The translations under genes and the position numbers were made by a program. Under the pieces are notes generated by a model. It did not search any database and was not told the DNA's origin. It saw only the letters and a list, made by a program, of their open reading frames with translations. From an uncultured Spirochaetota bacterium (GTDB lineage: Bacteria; Spirochaetota; Spirochaetia; SZUA-6; CAVTHK01), in assembly GCA_963734495.1 (NCBI GenBank), contig CAVTHK010000011.1, positions 480,001-544,000 on the forward strand: a stretch of DNA of 64,000 nucleotides. The letters are read 5' to 3'. This document shows, piece after piece, positions 39,959-49,064 of this stretch; the first letter of the stretch is position 1; each line of letters opens with the position of its first letter.

Positions 39959-41395
39959 CTACTTCTTCTTCTTTTTTTTGCCCTCTTCCTTCTCGTCGCC
40001 CTCGTCGAACACGATCGTAGCGCCCGCGACGTTGATCACGTCGCCGGGCTCCAGAACGCGCTTGCGCACGCTTTGGTTGTTCACCGTGATGTCGCCTGAG
40101 CCGACGATCGTGTAGCTCCCCTTTTTCGGGTCGAGGAGGATCGTAGCGTGCTCCTCCTTGACTTCGGGATTGCCGGCAATCGTCAGGTTCGCGGTGGCTC
40201 CGCCGATGACGGTCTTGGAGCCGGTGATCGGCAGCACGCGGGTCTGCGCGCGGCCGACCCGCGTGGTGAGCACCTCGAGCGTGGCGGGGCCCCGCTTGCG
40301 CTCGAACTTCAGGCGCGAGAGCACCCAGTACAGAGCGGCGGCGGCGACGAGCGCCAGGAGCAGCAGCGGCGACCAGCGCGTCATCGGGAGGCCGAACACC
40401 GTGCTGGAGAAGTAGAAGCGTGTGGCGGCGACCGGGCCCCCCGCGCCGGCGAGGCTCACGCGGACGAAGGTCTTTTCCGCGGGCGCCATGGCCGCGCGGT
40501 AGCCGAGCAGGTACTCCCCGGAGACCTGCGTGTGGATGCGGCGGTAGATCCCCTGCAGCTCCTCGCGGTTGCCCGCGTCGAAGATCGCTCCGCCGCTTTC
40601 CACCGCTATGCGCTGCAGGTTGCGGTCCTTTTCCGCGCCAAAGTTGATCGCGTAGATCGAGACCCCTTCCTCCTGGCAGGCGCGGATCGCGTCGTCGGGG
40701 GCATAGATCCGCGTGCCGAGCTCGGGGTTCGGACGGCCCGCGTGCTGCGCGAACGGGAAGTTCTCGCCGTCGGAGAGGACGACGATCGCCTTGCGGCCGC
40801 CGAAGGTGTTGAACTCGCCGGCGGCGCGGGCCAGGCTTGCGTACAGCTCGGTGTAGGCCTGATCGGTCGCGGGCCTCGCGATGGTGTCCACCAGCGAGGA
40901 GACGCGGGCCTTGTCGCGCTGCGGCGGCGCGAGCGTCGCGTACAGCGTGTTGTAGGCCACCAGGCCGACGGTGTCGGCGGGGTGCGTCATGCCCGACAGG
41001 AAGGCCCGCACGGCCTCCTTGGCCGCGGTGATGCGCATCAGCGCCGGGTCCGTGGTGGGCCTGCCCGCGATCGTGTCGTACATCGAGCCGGAGTTGTCGA
41101 TCAGCAGCAGGAAGCTGATCCCCTCGGCCCCGGCCGCGGCCGGCCGGAACTCCGTCACGGGCGCGGGGTCGAAACGCACGCCGTCGGCCGACTGCGAGAC
41201 GCGGAAGCTGTCCGGCGAAAGCGCCTCCACGGGCCTGCCCTCGGCGTCCGTCACGCTCACGTACAGGCGCACGGTCTGCGTCAGCAGCAGGTGCGAAGAG
41301 TCGATCTGCGAGAGCCGGACGTTCTGCCCGAACGCGGCGGGCGCGGCGAGAGCAAGCGCGAGCGCCGCGGCGACTGCGCCTTTGAGCCTTGTCAT
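39959..41395 (-). CDS. Exported VWA domain, TM, then cytoplasmic FHA-like domain
   Basis: Signal peptide; MIDAS DNSGSM..T..LSDG; TM LLLLALVAAAALYWVL; C-term VIGG..HA.I..VN..LEPGD.I. Confidence 0.8.
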   Translation of the reverse strand: MTRLKGAVAAALALALAAPAAFGQNVRLSQIDSSHLLLTQTVRLYVSVTDAEGRPVEALSPDSFRVSQSADGVRFDPAPVTEFRPAAAGAEGISFLLLIDNSGSMYDTIAGRPTTDPALMRITAAKEAVRAFLSGMTHPADTVGLVAYNTLYATLAPPQRDKARVSSLVDTIARPATDQAYTELYASLARAAGEFNTFGGRKAIVVLSDGENFPFAQHAGRPNPELGTRIYAPDDAIRACQEEGVSIYAINFGAEKDRNLQRIAVESGGAIFDAGNREELQGIYRRIHTQVSGEYLLGYRAAMAPAEKTFVRVSLAGAGGPVAATRFYFSSTVFGLPMTRWSPLLLLALVAAAALYWVLSRLKFERKRGPATLEVLTTRVGRAQTRVLPITGSKTVIGGATANLTIAGNPEVKEEHATILLDPKKGSYTIVGSGDITVNNQSVRKRVLEPGDVINVAGATIVFDEGDEKEEGKKKKKK

Positions 41396-41423
41396 GTTCC
41401 CTCCAAATCTCCGCTCGCGGCCG

Positions 41424-42326
41424 CTACTGGTAGCGGAAGAAGAGCTTGGCCGATCCGACCTTGACGACGTCCTCGTACTTCAGGACGTGCTCCTCTTCCA
41501 CGGGCCGGTCGTTGACGAGGACCGGCTGCCCCCGCTCCACGGCCGCAAGCACGGCCTCGCCCTTGCGCAGGCGCACCTCGGCGTGCCGCTCCGCGAGGCC
41601 CTCGTAGCCTGCGAGGGCGATGTCGGCGCGGGCCGAGCTTCCGATCCGCGTGCGCCTCTGGTTGATGAGGAACTCCTTGCCCTTGAGCCTGCCGTTGAGC
41701 ACGCGGAGGACCCCCGCGGCGAGGCCGCGCTCGATCAGGCCGTAGAAGAACGCGATCGCGGCGCCCAGGATGACCAGCCCGATGAGCCGCGAGACGGCCG
41801 GCACCGGCACGAGGAGGCGCGACTCCTCAAGCAGCGCCCCGCCGACGAGGCCCCCCAGCGCTCCGCCGAGGAGGCCCACGACGATCTTGCGCGGCGAGCG
41901 GGAGCGCGCGCCTTCGCACGCGCCCACGAAGAGGCCGAGCACGGCCCAGGCGACGGCGTGCGACACCGGCAGCACGACCCTCGCAAAGCCGCGCTGCGAG
42001 CGCAGCGACTGCATGAGGCGCTCGCCGGTCTGCAGCAGGAACCCCTGCCCCGCGAGCGACCCGACGACGCCGCCCACGGCGCCGATGGCGGCGCCGACGA
42101 GCGCGCCGGAAACCATCCGGCGCCGGTCGCGGGCAAAGAGGCCTTCGGCGCTGCCGAAGGCCGCGCCGAGCACGACACCGACCGCGACGCCCAGGACGGA
42201 CTGCAGGACGAGGTAGGAGCCGAGGCGGGCCTGGTTGGTGACGACCAGCTCCGCGATCGGCCACGCCGCCATCCCCGCCAGCACCCCCAGGGCGAGCAGG
42301 ATCAATCTGCGCATTGCCGTAGACAT
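41424..42326 (-). CDS. Gly-rich multi-TM protein with C-terminal FHA-like domain
   Basis: About 6-7 TM segments; L.VLNG..KGKEF..RIGS..DI.L..HAE..VN..L..EDV..VG. Confidence 0.8.
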   Translation of the reverse strand: MSTAMRRLILLALGVLAGMAAWPIAELVVTNQARLGSYLVLQSVLGVAVGVVLGAAFGSAEGLFARDRRRMVSGALVGAAIGAVGGVVGSLAGQGFLLQTGERLMQSLRSQRGFARVVLPVSHAVAWAVLGLFVGACEGARSRSPRKIVVGLLGGALGGLVGGALLEESRLLVPVPAVSRLIGLVILGAAIAFFYGLIERGLAAGVLRVLNGRLKGKEFLINQRRTRIGSSARADIALAGYEGLAERHAEVRLRKGEAVLAAVERGQPVLVNDRPVEEEHVLKYEDVVKVGSAKLFFRYQ

Positions 42327-42335
42327 CACTTCACC

Positions 42336-44297
42336 TCATGGCTCGGTTCGTAGGACGAGCGCTCTGCTAGCGCGATCGAGCGAGACGCGCACGCGCGTGG
42401 TGCGGTTGGGGGCGACGGACACGGCGATCGTCTCCGACGACGCGCCGCGCCGCGCGGTCAGCCGGTACTCGCCGGAGTCCAGGACGAGGTCGCGGGTCTC
42501 CGCCCCGAGGGCGGGGAGCGCCTGGTAGCTGCGCTCGTTTCCGCCGGACACGTAGCTCGCGGCGTCGTCGAGCAGCAGCGTCACGCCGCCGGTCTCCGAG
42601 ACGATGCTCAGCGTGCCCGCCACCGGAACGAGGGCCACGTCGAGAACGAGACGGGTTTCGTTCGGCCGTACGAGCAGGTTGTAGATCTGCGGGAGGTAGC
42701 CGAGGCGGTCGAAACGGAACCGGTAGGCCGACCCGCTCCTGAGGCCCGCCTCGACCTCGGGAGTGAGGGCCACCCAGTCGTTGCCCCGAGCCACCGAGGC
42801 GGCCGTGCCCGCGAGATCCGCGCCGGTGCGGACGTCGTGGACCTTGAAGCGGACCGACAGGGGAAGCCCCCCGACCGCGCTCAGCGGGACCTCGATGCGC
42901 TCCTCCTCGACCGTGTCGAAGTGCCTGCGCTGCTCGTCCCGCGGCGGGAGGAAGAACGACACCCAGGTGAGCTCCCCGTCGACGCTCATCTTGAGCCGGT
43001 AGCGGCCCGCCGGGAGGTACACGCGAGGAGACTCCATCGTGAACCCCTGCCCCGGGATCCTCGGCGCTGCCGCCGATCCGACCGGCGAGGCGAAGGCGAC
43101 CAGCTTGCCGAGCAGGCCCTCGGCTGCGGGCCCGCCGGGAGGCGGGGCAGAGAGCTCAAGCACGGGACCGGGCAGGAGGTCTCCGCCCTGCTCGCTGTAA
43201 AGCAGAGCGCGCGCCTCGATGTCCTCGGGCTCCTTGTAGCCCGGCGGGACGCGGACCGCGGTCACCAGGGCGCCGTAGCGGTCGGCAAGGAACCACTCGT
43301 AGCCGTAGCCGCGGCGGGCGAGGGACCAGCCGGCGGCCGCGAGGATCGCCAGCACGACGAGCGCCACCCCGGACCAGACCAGCGCCGGCCGGCGGTGGCG
43401 GAACAGGTCGCCGATGCCTTCACCTTTGAGGATTTTCCGGATGCCTTCGCGGATCGCCTGGGGCTCGCGCCTCCTGATGCGCCTCGCGAGCATCCGCAGC
43501 ACGGGCTGCAGGTCCTGGAAGCGGCGGCCGCGGTTGGGCCGGATGCACCGGGCGATGATGCGCCGCAGCAGCGGTGAGACCCTGGGGTTCAGGCGCACGG
43601 GCGGCGTGTACTTGCCCTTCTGGATCTGGGAGATGGTCTCCGCGTTGAAGGCGCCGGGGAACGGCAGCTTCCCGGTGACCGCCTCGTACAGCACGACGCC
43701 GAGCGAGTAGATGTCGGCCCGCTTGTCCGCGTTGCGCGCGTCGCCGATCTGCTCGGGCGGGATGTAGCTTGGGGTGCCGAGCGTCATGCCTTCGCGCGTC
43801 AGCGACTGGTCGGACGGCTCCGTGGTGGTCGCGATGCCGAAGTCGACGAGCTTGACGTCGCCGTGCTTCGAAATCAGGATATTGGCCGGCTTGACGTCGC
43901 GGTGCACGACGCCCTTGTCGTGCGCGTGCTTGAGCGCCCGGCACACCTCGTGGAACACCAGCACCGCGGCCTCGTTGGTGAGGTAGCGCTCGCGCCGGAT
44001 GAGGTCCTCGAGCGACATGCCGTCCACGAACTCTTCGACAATGTAGTAGTACGAGCCCTCCTTGAAGTGATCGTAGACCTGCACGATGCCGTCGTGCTTG
44101 AAGTCCATGAGCAGCGTCGCCTCGCGCTTGAAGCGCTCGGTGAACTGCGTGCCCCCGCGCAGGGCGAGCCGCTTGAGCAGGACGTAGCGGCCGAGGGTGG
44201 GGTGCTTCGCCTTGTAGACGGTCCCCATCCCGCCCTGCGCGATCCTCGAGACAATCTCGTACTTTCCGATGGTCTTGGAGCGTTTCTTATCTTCCAT
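42336..44297 (-). CDS. Hanks-type Ser/Thr protein kinase with TM and extracytoplasmic (PEGA-like) region
   Basis: GGMGTVY, LKRL, HRDVKPANIL, DFG, GTPSYIPPEQ, DIYSLG; TM ALVWSGVALVVLAILA. Confidence 0.92.
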   Translation of the reverse strand: MEDKKRSKTIGKYEIVSRIAQGGMGTVYKAKHPTLGRYVLLKRLALRGGTQFTERFKREATLLMDFKHDGIVQVYDHFKEGSYYYIVEEFVDGMSLEDLIRRERYLTNEAAVLVFHEVCRALKHAHDKGVVHRDVKPANILISKHGDVKLVDFGIATTTEPSDQSLTREGMTLGTPSYIPPEQIGDARNADKRADIYSLGVVLYEAVTGKLPFPGAFNAETISQIQKGKYTPPVRLNPRVSPLLRRIIARCIRPNRGRRFQDLQPVLRMLARRIRRREPQAIREGIRKILKGEGIGDLFRHRRPALVWSGVALVVLAILAAAGWSLARRGYGYEWFLADRYGALVTAVRVPPGYKEPEDIEARALLYSEQGGDLLPGPVLELSAPPPGGPAAEGLLGKLVAFASPVGSAAAPRIPGQGFTMESPRVYLPAGRYRLKMSVDGELTWVSFFLPPRDEQRRHFDTVEEERIEVPLSAVGGLPLSVRFKVHDVRTGADLAGTAASVARGNDWVALTPEVEAGLRSGSAYRFRFDRLGYLPQIYNLLVRPNETRLVLDVALVPVAGTLSIVSETGGVTLLLDDAASYVSGGNERSYQALPALGAETRDLVLDSGEYRLTARRGASSETIAVSVAPNRTTRVRVSLDRASRALVLRTEP

Positions 44298-44356
44298 GAA
44301 CCGTTACGGCGCGCTCGCACGGCCGCGCGCGGGGCCCGCGACTCCCGGGGCTCGAG

Positions 44357-44884
44357 CTATGTCTCGAGCTCCTTGTTGACCTCCACGAACTCCTCGGTGA
44401 GGATCTGGGTCGCGCGGCTGATCCGCTCCTCCTGCTTCTCCAGGTCCAGGTCGGCAGCGGTGACCGCGATCTTGAACAGCGGCGAGGAGCTCTGGATGGG
44501 GCCGGGCGAGAAGCGGGCCGGCTCGCCGATGCGCACGTCGTCGGCCAGGCGGGAGCCTTCGCGCGTGGCCATTTCCGGCACGTCCTCGCGCAGCCCGATG
44601 CTGGCGTACTGCACGCGCCGGCCGTCCTCGCGCAGCGGGCCGATCGCGAGCAGAGAGCCGGAAAAGGTCATCGCGAGGCAGCCCTGCTCGTCCTCGCGGC
44701 CGAGCGATTCCACCTCGTCCATCTTCATGCTCGCCACCCGCTTCTCGAAGAGCTCCTGCTTCTCGAGCCAGCCCTTCGCGATCATCTCCACCGAGTCCTC
44801 GGTGTCCGGAAGGCCCGACGACCTGGTGATCTGCCGGATGTGATCCTGCACGTCGATCGGGATCTTGTCGAGATACTCGCCCAT
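44357..44884 (-). CDS. Hypothetical protein (175 aa, unknown domain 'X'), first gene of the kinase operon
   Basis: AGGAGG RBS; gapless similarity (about 76/170 identities by hand) to the N-terminus of 45112-45966. Confidence 0.85.
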   Translation of the reverse strand: MGEYLDKIPIDVQDHIRQITRSSGLPDTEDSVEMIAKGWLEKQELFEKRVASMKMDEVESLGREDEQGCLAMTFSGSLLAIGPLREDGRRVQYASIGLREDVPEMATREGSRLADDVRIGEPARFSPGPIQSSSPLFKIAVTAADLDLEKQEERISRATQILTEEFVEVNKELET

Positions 44885-44954
44885 GGCATCCTCCTATGGG
44901 TACATAGAGAAGATAGCTCACCGGAGCGCCCAATGCATCCCCTTCGGCTTTTCC

Positions 44955-45070
44955 CGGCGGGCCCTGTCGCGACTGCCGGCGCGACTCGCCCCGACGCGTC
45001 CCGGCGCGCCCCGACTGCCGGCCCACTCGGCGGGCCCCGTCGCGACTGCCGGCCCCACTCGCCCCGGCGC
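44955..45070. repeat. Imperfect 43-bp direct repeats plus a partial third copy in the divergent intergenic region
   Basis: CGGCGGGCCC(T/C)GTCGCGACTGCCGGC...ACTCGCCCCG(A/G)CGC at 44955 and 45028; CGACTGCCGGCCCACTCG at 45012. Confidence 0.75.
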
Positions 45071-45111
45071 TCTGCTCGCGCCGCGGCCCCCGAAGCGATA
45101 CACTCAGGGAC

Positions 45112-45966
45112 ATGAGCAACGAGATCGAGGGCCTCAGCCCGGTGGTGCGCGGGCACATCCTGGCGATCACGCGCAGCTCCGGCCTCCCGCAGACCGAGGA
45201 CTCCTTTGCCCGGATGGCTGCCGCATGGTTCGAGAAGAAGAAGCTCTTCGAGCAGCAGGTCCGGGTCCTTGCCATGAAGGAGGTCCCGGCGTTCGCTGCC
45301 GCCGACCCGGGCGGGGCGCTGGCGCTCACGTACTCCGGCTCGCTGATCAGCGTCGAGCCCCTCTTCGACGCCGCGCGCCGCGTCGAGTACGCGAGCATCC
45401 CCCTGCGGGCCGACGTCCCCGCGATCGCGATCGCGGAAAGGACCACGCTCGAGCGCGACCTGCGGGTCGACGATGAAGCCGCCTTTACCCGCGGCCCGGT
45501 CAAGAGCACCTCGCAGCTGCTCGCCATCGCCGCCTGCGGCCCCGATCTCCCGCTGACCGAGCAGAGCCGGAGGATCCGCGAGGCGACGATCTTTCTCACC
45601 AACGGCTTCATCAGGATCAACCGGACCGTCCTGCCACCCGAGGGAGGGGCGCCCGAGCAGTTCACGCTGCGGTCGATCGTGGCCTACCTCTCGCGGCGCA
45701 CGGGCCTCCCGAAGACCCGGGTGCGGACGCTCCTCGGCGACTACCTCGCGGTCGTGGAGGCGGGCCTCGTGCTCGGCGAGCGCGTCCCCCTCGGCCGCAT
45801 CGGCCGCCTCTCGCTCGTCAGGCGCCCCGCCCGCAAGGCGCGCGCCGGATTCAACCCCGCGACGGGCGAGCCGCTGACCATCCCGGCGCGGCCCGAAACG
45901 ATGGCGCCGCGCATGAGTTTCAGCCGCGCGCTCAAGGAGCGGCTGCGGGACCTGCCCCCCGGCTGA
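45112..45966 (+). CDS. Domain 'X' fused to a C-terminal HU/IHF-family DNA-binding domain
   Basis: C-term GERVPLGRIGRL..RPARKAR.G.NP.TGE...IPA.P...P..FS..LKE is HU-like; N-term is paralogous to 44357-44884. Confidence 0.85.
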   Translation: MSNEIEGLSPVVRGHILAITRSSGLPQTEDSFARMAAAWFEKKKLFEQQVRVLAMKEVPAFAAADPGGALALTYSGSLISVEPLFDAARRVEYASIPLRADVPAIAIAERTTLERDLRVDDEAAFTRGPVKSTSQLLAIAACGPDLPLTEQSRRIREATIFLTNGFIRINRTVLPPEGGAPEQFTLRSIVAYLSRRTGLPKTRVRTLLGDYLAVVEAGLVLGERVPLGRIGRLSLVRRPARKARAGFNPATGEPLTIPARPETMAPRMSFSRALKERLRDLPPG

Positions 45967-46074
45967 TCGCGCGCCCGGCCCCGTCGCCCGACCCGCGCTA
46001 TAATGGCCGCGACCGCCGCCGGCCCGCGCCGGCCCCCAGCGCCGCTCCGCGGCGCCGGACCGAGAGGAGACACG

Positions 46075-46911
46075 ATGATCCCGACCGATTCCTTTGCCCT
46101 CAACAGGATCGCCTGCCCGGGCCTGGGGCTCGAGGACTTCTTCCTCGTCGCGCGCGAGGCCGGCCTGAGAAAGGTCGAGCTCCGCAACGACCTTCCGGGA
46201 GGCAGGGTGACCGACGCGCTTTCTCCGTCGCGCGCCGCGGCCCTCGCGAAGAGTCATGGGGTCGAGATCGTCACCATCAACGCCCTCCAGAAGTTCAACG
46301 TGAAGGCTCTCGCCGGCCAGGTGTCCGCCGAGCTCGAGAGGCTCCTCGACCTCGCCTCCGAGCTGCGGTGCCGGGCGATCGTCCTCTGTCCGAACAACGA
46401 CCCGGCCGACCGCCGCGAAGCCGCGGCACGGCGGAGCGAGACCGTGGAGGCGCTGGCCGCCCTCGGCAGGCTCTTCGCCGCAAGCGGCGTTCTCGGTTAC
46501 GTCGAGCCGCTGGGCTTCGCCGAATCGTCGCTCGCCTCGGTCTCGGCAGCCGCGGCGGCCGTGAGGGAGTCCGGGCAATCCTGCTATCGCATCCTCCACG
46601 ACACGTTCCACCACTACCTCGGGCCGGACGGCTCCTCCGCCATCGGCGCGGGTTATGACGTGCGGACCATCGGCCTCATCCACGCCTCCGGCGTCGAGTC
46701 GCAGGCCGCCAAAGAGCGGATCCGCGACGAGCACCGCGTGCTCGTGTCGCCCGCGGACCGCACGGGCTGCCGCGAGCAGGTGCGGCGGCTCGTCGATCTG
46801 GGCTACGCGGGCGACATCTCTTTCGAGCCCTTTTCGCCCGCCGTGCAGGGCCTCGGAAGGGCCGAGCTCGTAGAGGCGCTCAAGAGGAGCCTCGCCTACC
46901 TGCGGGGCTGA
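46075..46911 (+). CDS. Xylose-isomerase-like TIM barrel (IolI-like)
   Basis: VELRND, INALQKFN, VEPLGF..SSL, DTFHH, H.SGV, D.HR, SFEPF. Confidence 0.85.
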   Translation: MIPTDSFALNRIACPGLGLEDFFLVAREAGLRKVELRNDLPGGRVTDALSPSRAAALAKSHGVEIVTINALQKFNVKALAGQVSAELERLLDLASELRCRAIVLCPNNDPADRREAAARRSETVEALAALGRLFAASGVLGYVEPLGFAESSLASVSAAAAAVRESGQSCYRILHDTFHHYLGPDGSSAIGAGYDVRTIGLIHASGVESQAAKERIRDEHRVLVSPADRTGCREQVRRLVDLGYAGDISFEPFSPAVQGLGRAELVEALKRSLAYLRG

Positions 46912-47069
46912 AGGCCGGTGCCCGCATCTCGCCCGCCTGCAGCCTGACAGTCCGGCGCGGACGTTCGCCCGCGCGCGGGGCTGACGCCCGTGACGGCGCC
47001 CTCCGGGCGCAGATTTCCATGGACAGCAGATATCTGCTGCCTTAGAATATCGCCCTCTGGAAGAGGAAC

Positions 47070-48008
47070 ATGTCCGTACAGTCCCGCAGGCAGCTTTGGC
47101 AGCAGGTGGTCAAGCACAGGGTCCTCCTGCTCATGGTGCTGCCCGCCTTCCTCTATTTCCTGATCTTCCGCTATGGGCCCATCCTGGGGGTCTCCATCGC
47201 GTTCCTCGACTTCAAGGCCAAGGTGGGGCAGACCTTCTTCCAGAGCATGATGCGCAGCCGGTGGGTGGGCCTGGACAACTTCCGGGATTTCCTCACCGGC
47301 ATGACCGGCCTTCAGATCCTGCGGAACACGCTGCTGATCAGCCTGTACAAGATCTTCTTCGGGTTTCCCGCCCCGATCATGCTGGCGCTGCTCCTGAACG
47401 AGGTCCAGCTGAGCTCGTTCAAACGGGCGGTCCAGACGATCACCTACCTTCCCCATTTCGTGTCCTGGGTGATTCTCGCCGGCATCATGCGAATGCTGCT
47501 TTCGCCGGACTTCGGCCTGATCGTGCCCGTCTTCCGCTTTCTGGGCATCGAGGTCGTGAATTTCCTCGGCGACACGAGGTATTTCCGCGGGCTGCTGGTA
47601 GTCTCCGACATCTGGCAGGGAATCGGCTGGGGATCGGTCATCTACCTCGCCGCCCTTTCGGGCCTGGATCCCCAGCTCTACGAGGCGGCCACGATCGACG
47701 GCGCCGGCCGTTTCCGTCAGCTGCTTGCCATCACGCTGCCGGGCATCGCGTCGACGATCGTGGTGATGCTGATCCTGCGCACCGGCGCGATCCTGGACGC
47801 CGGCTTCGACCAGGTGTTCAACCTCCAGAACGCGGCCGTGCTGTCCGTGTCGGACATACTGGACACGCACATCTATTCGGCGGGCATCCTGAACGCGCGC
47901 TTCAGCTACACGACCGCCGTCGGCATGTTCAAGTCGGTCTTCGGTTTCCTCATGGTCATCGCGACGAACTTTGTCGCCAGGCGGCTCGGCCAGCAGGGGA
48001 TCATGTAG
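47070..48008 (+). CDS. ABC permease (LplB-like)
   Basis: YLPHFVSWV, LYEAATIDGA. Confidence 0.92.
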   Translation: MSVQSRRQLWQQVVKHRVLLLMVLPAFLYFLIFRYGPILGVSIAFLDFKAKVGQTFFQSMMRSRWVGLDNFRDFLTGMTGLQILRNTLLISLYKIFFGFPAPIMLALLLNEVQLSSFKRAVQTITYLPHFVSWVILAGIMRMLLSPDFGLIVPVFRFLGIEVVNFLGDTRYFRGLLVVSDIWQGIGWGSVIYLAALSGLDPQLYEAATIDGAGRFRQLLAITLPGIASTIVVMLILRTGAILDAGFDQVFNLQNAAVLSVSDILDTHIYSAGILNARFSYTTAVGMFKSVFGFLMVIATNFVARRLGQQGIM

Positions 48009-48018
48009 GGGGAGCGGA

Positions 48019-48894
48019 GTGTCGAGGATCAGGGCGTCCGCCGGCTATCGCGCGTTCAAGGTCGCCAACGCGGCATTCCTCGTTCTTCTGTGCCTCGTGA
48101 CGATCTACCCCTTCGTGCACGTCGCCTCCATCGCGTTCAGCACCTACCCCGAGGCGATCCGCACGGGGGTCCACCTGTACCCGCGCGAGGTCGACCTGTC
48201 GTCCATCAAGCGGGTGTTCGCCGCCCCCGAGATCTGGACCGCCTACTACAACACCGTGTGGAGGACCGTCATCGGCACCTCTCTCACGGTCCTCGTCACC
48301 GGCATGGGCGCCTATGCGCTCTCGAAAAAGACGCTGCCCTTCCGCCGGACCATCATGACAATGTTCCTGTTCACCATGTACTTTTCGGGAGGAATCATCC
48401 CGTCGTTCCTGCTGATGCGTTCGCTGCACCTGCTGAACAGCCGCTGGGCGATGGTGCTGCCCTCGCTCGTGTGGGGCTTCAACATCATCGTCATGCGCAA
48501 CTTCTTCATGACGATCCCCGAGAGCCTCGAGGAGTCGGCCCAGATCGACGGCGCCTCGGACTTCAGGATCTTCTTTGCCATCATCGTCCCGCTGTCGCTG
48601 GCGGTGATCGCCACCATCGCCATGTGGATGGGGGTGTTCCACTGGAACGCCTACTTCGACAACCTGATCTACATCACGGACAGGAGCAAGTACGTGCTCC
48701 AGCGCATGATCCGCTCCTTGATCATCGACGCGGACATGAGCGGGTACGAGTCGATGAACGACGCGAGCGTCCTGTCGCCGGAGCAGCTCAAGGCGGCCAC
48801 GATCCTGATCTCGACGCTGCCGATCCTGTTCGTGTACCCCTTTGCGCAGAAGTACTTCATCAAGGGCGTGATGATCGGAGGGGTCAAGGGGTAG
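48019..48894 (+). CDS. Carbohydrate ABC permease
   Basis: EESAQIDGA, YPFAQKYFIKG..GGVKG. Confidence 0.92.
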   Translation: MSRIRASAGYRAFKVANAAFLVLLCLVTIYPFVHVASIAFSTYPEAIRTGVHLYPREVDLSSIKRVFAAPEIWTAYYNTVWRTVIGTSLTVLVTGMGAYALSKKTLPFRRTIMTMFLFTMYFSGGIIPSFLLMRSLHLLNSRWAMVLPSLVWGFNIIVMRNFFMTIPESLEESAQIDGASDFRIFFAIIVPLSLAVIATIAMWMGVFHWNAYFDNLIYITDRSKYVLQRMIRSLIIDADMSGYESMNDASVLSPEQLKAATILISTLPILFVYPFAQKYFIKGVMIGGVKG

Positions 48895-49064
48895 GTCCCG
48901 GGGAAACGCATCGAGCGCGCGGGCCGGAGACCGGACTTGACACGGCGGCCGGACGCGAAGGAGGTTGCGGGAGGAGAGAGCGAAACGCGGATCTCGATGG
49001 CGGGTCGGGTCGGGACATCGGCAGGGCGATGTCTTCGCTTCGGATAGCGACAAAGGAGAGTATC

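Noticed and set aside
44955-45070. CRISPR array
   Set aside because: Only two imperfect units, the spacer resembles the repeat, and there are no cas genes.
44782-46734. Long antisense or alternative-frame ORFs (also 6326-8956, 36879-38681, 55995-58202, 27389-28948)
   Set aside because: Shadow ORFs of high-GC genes, with no motifs and overlapping well-supported CDSs.
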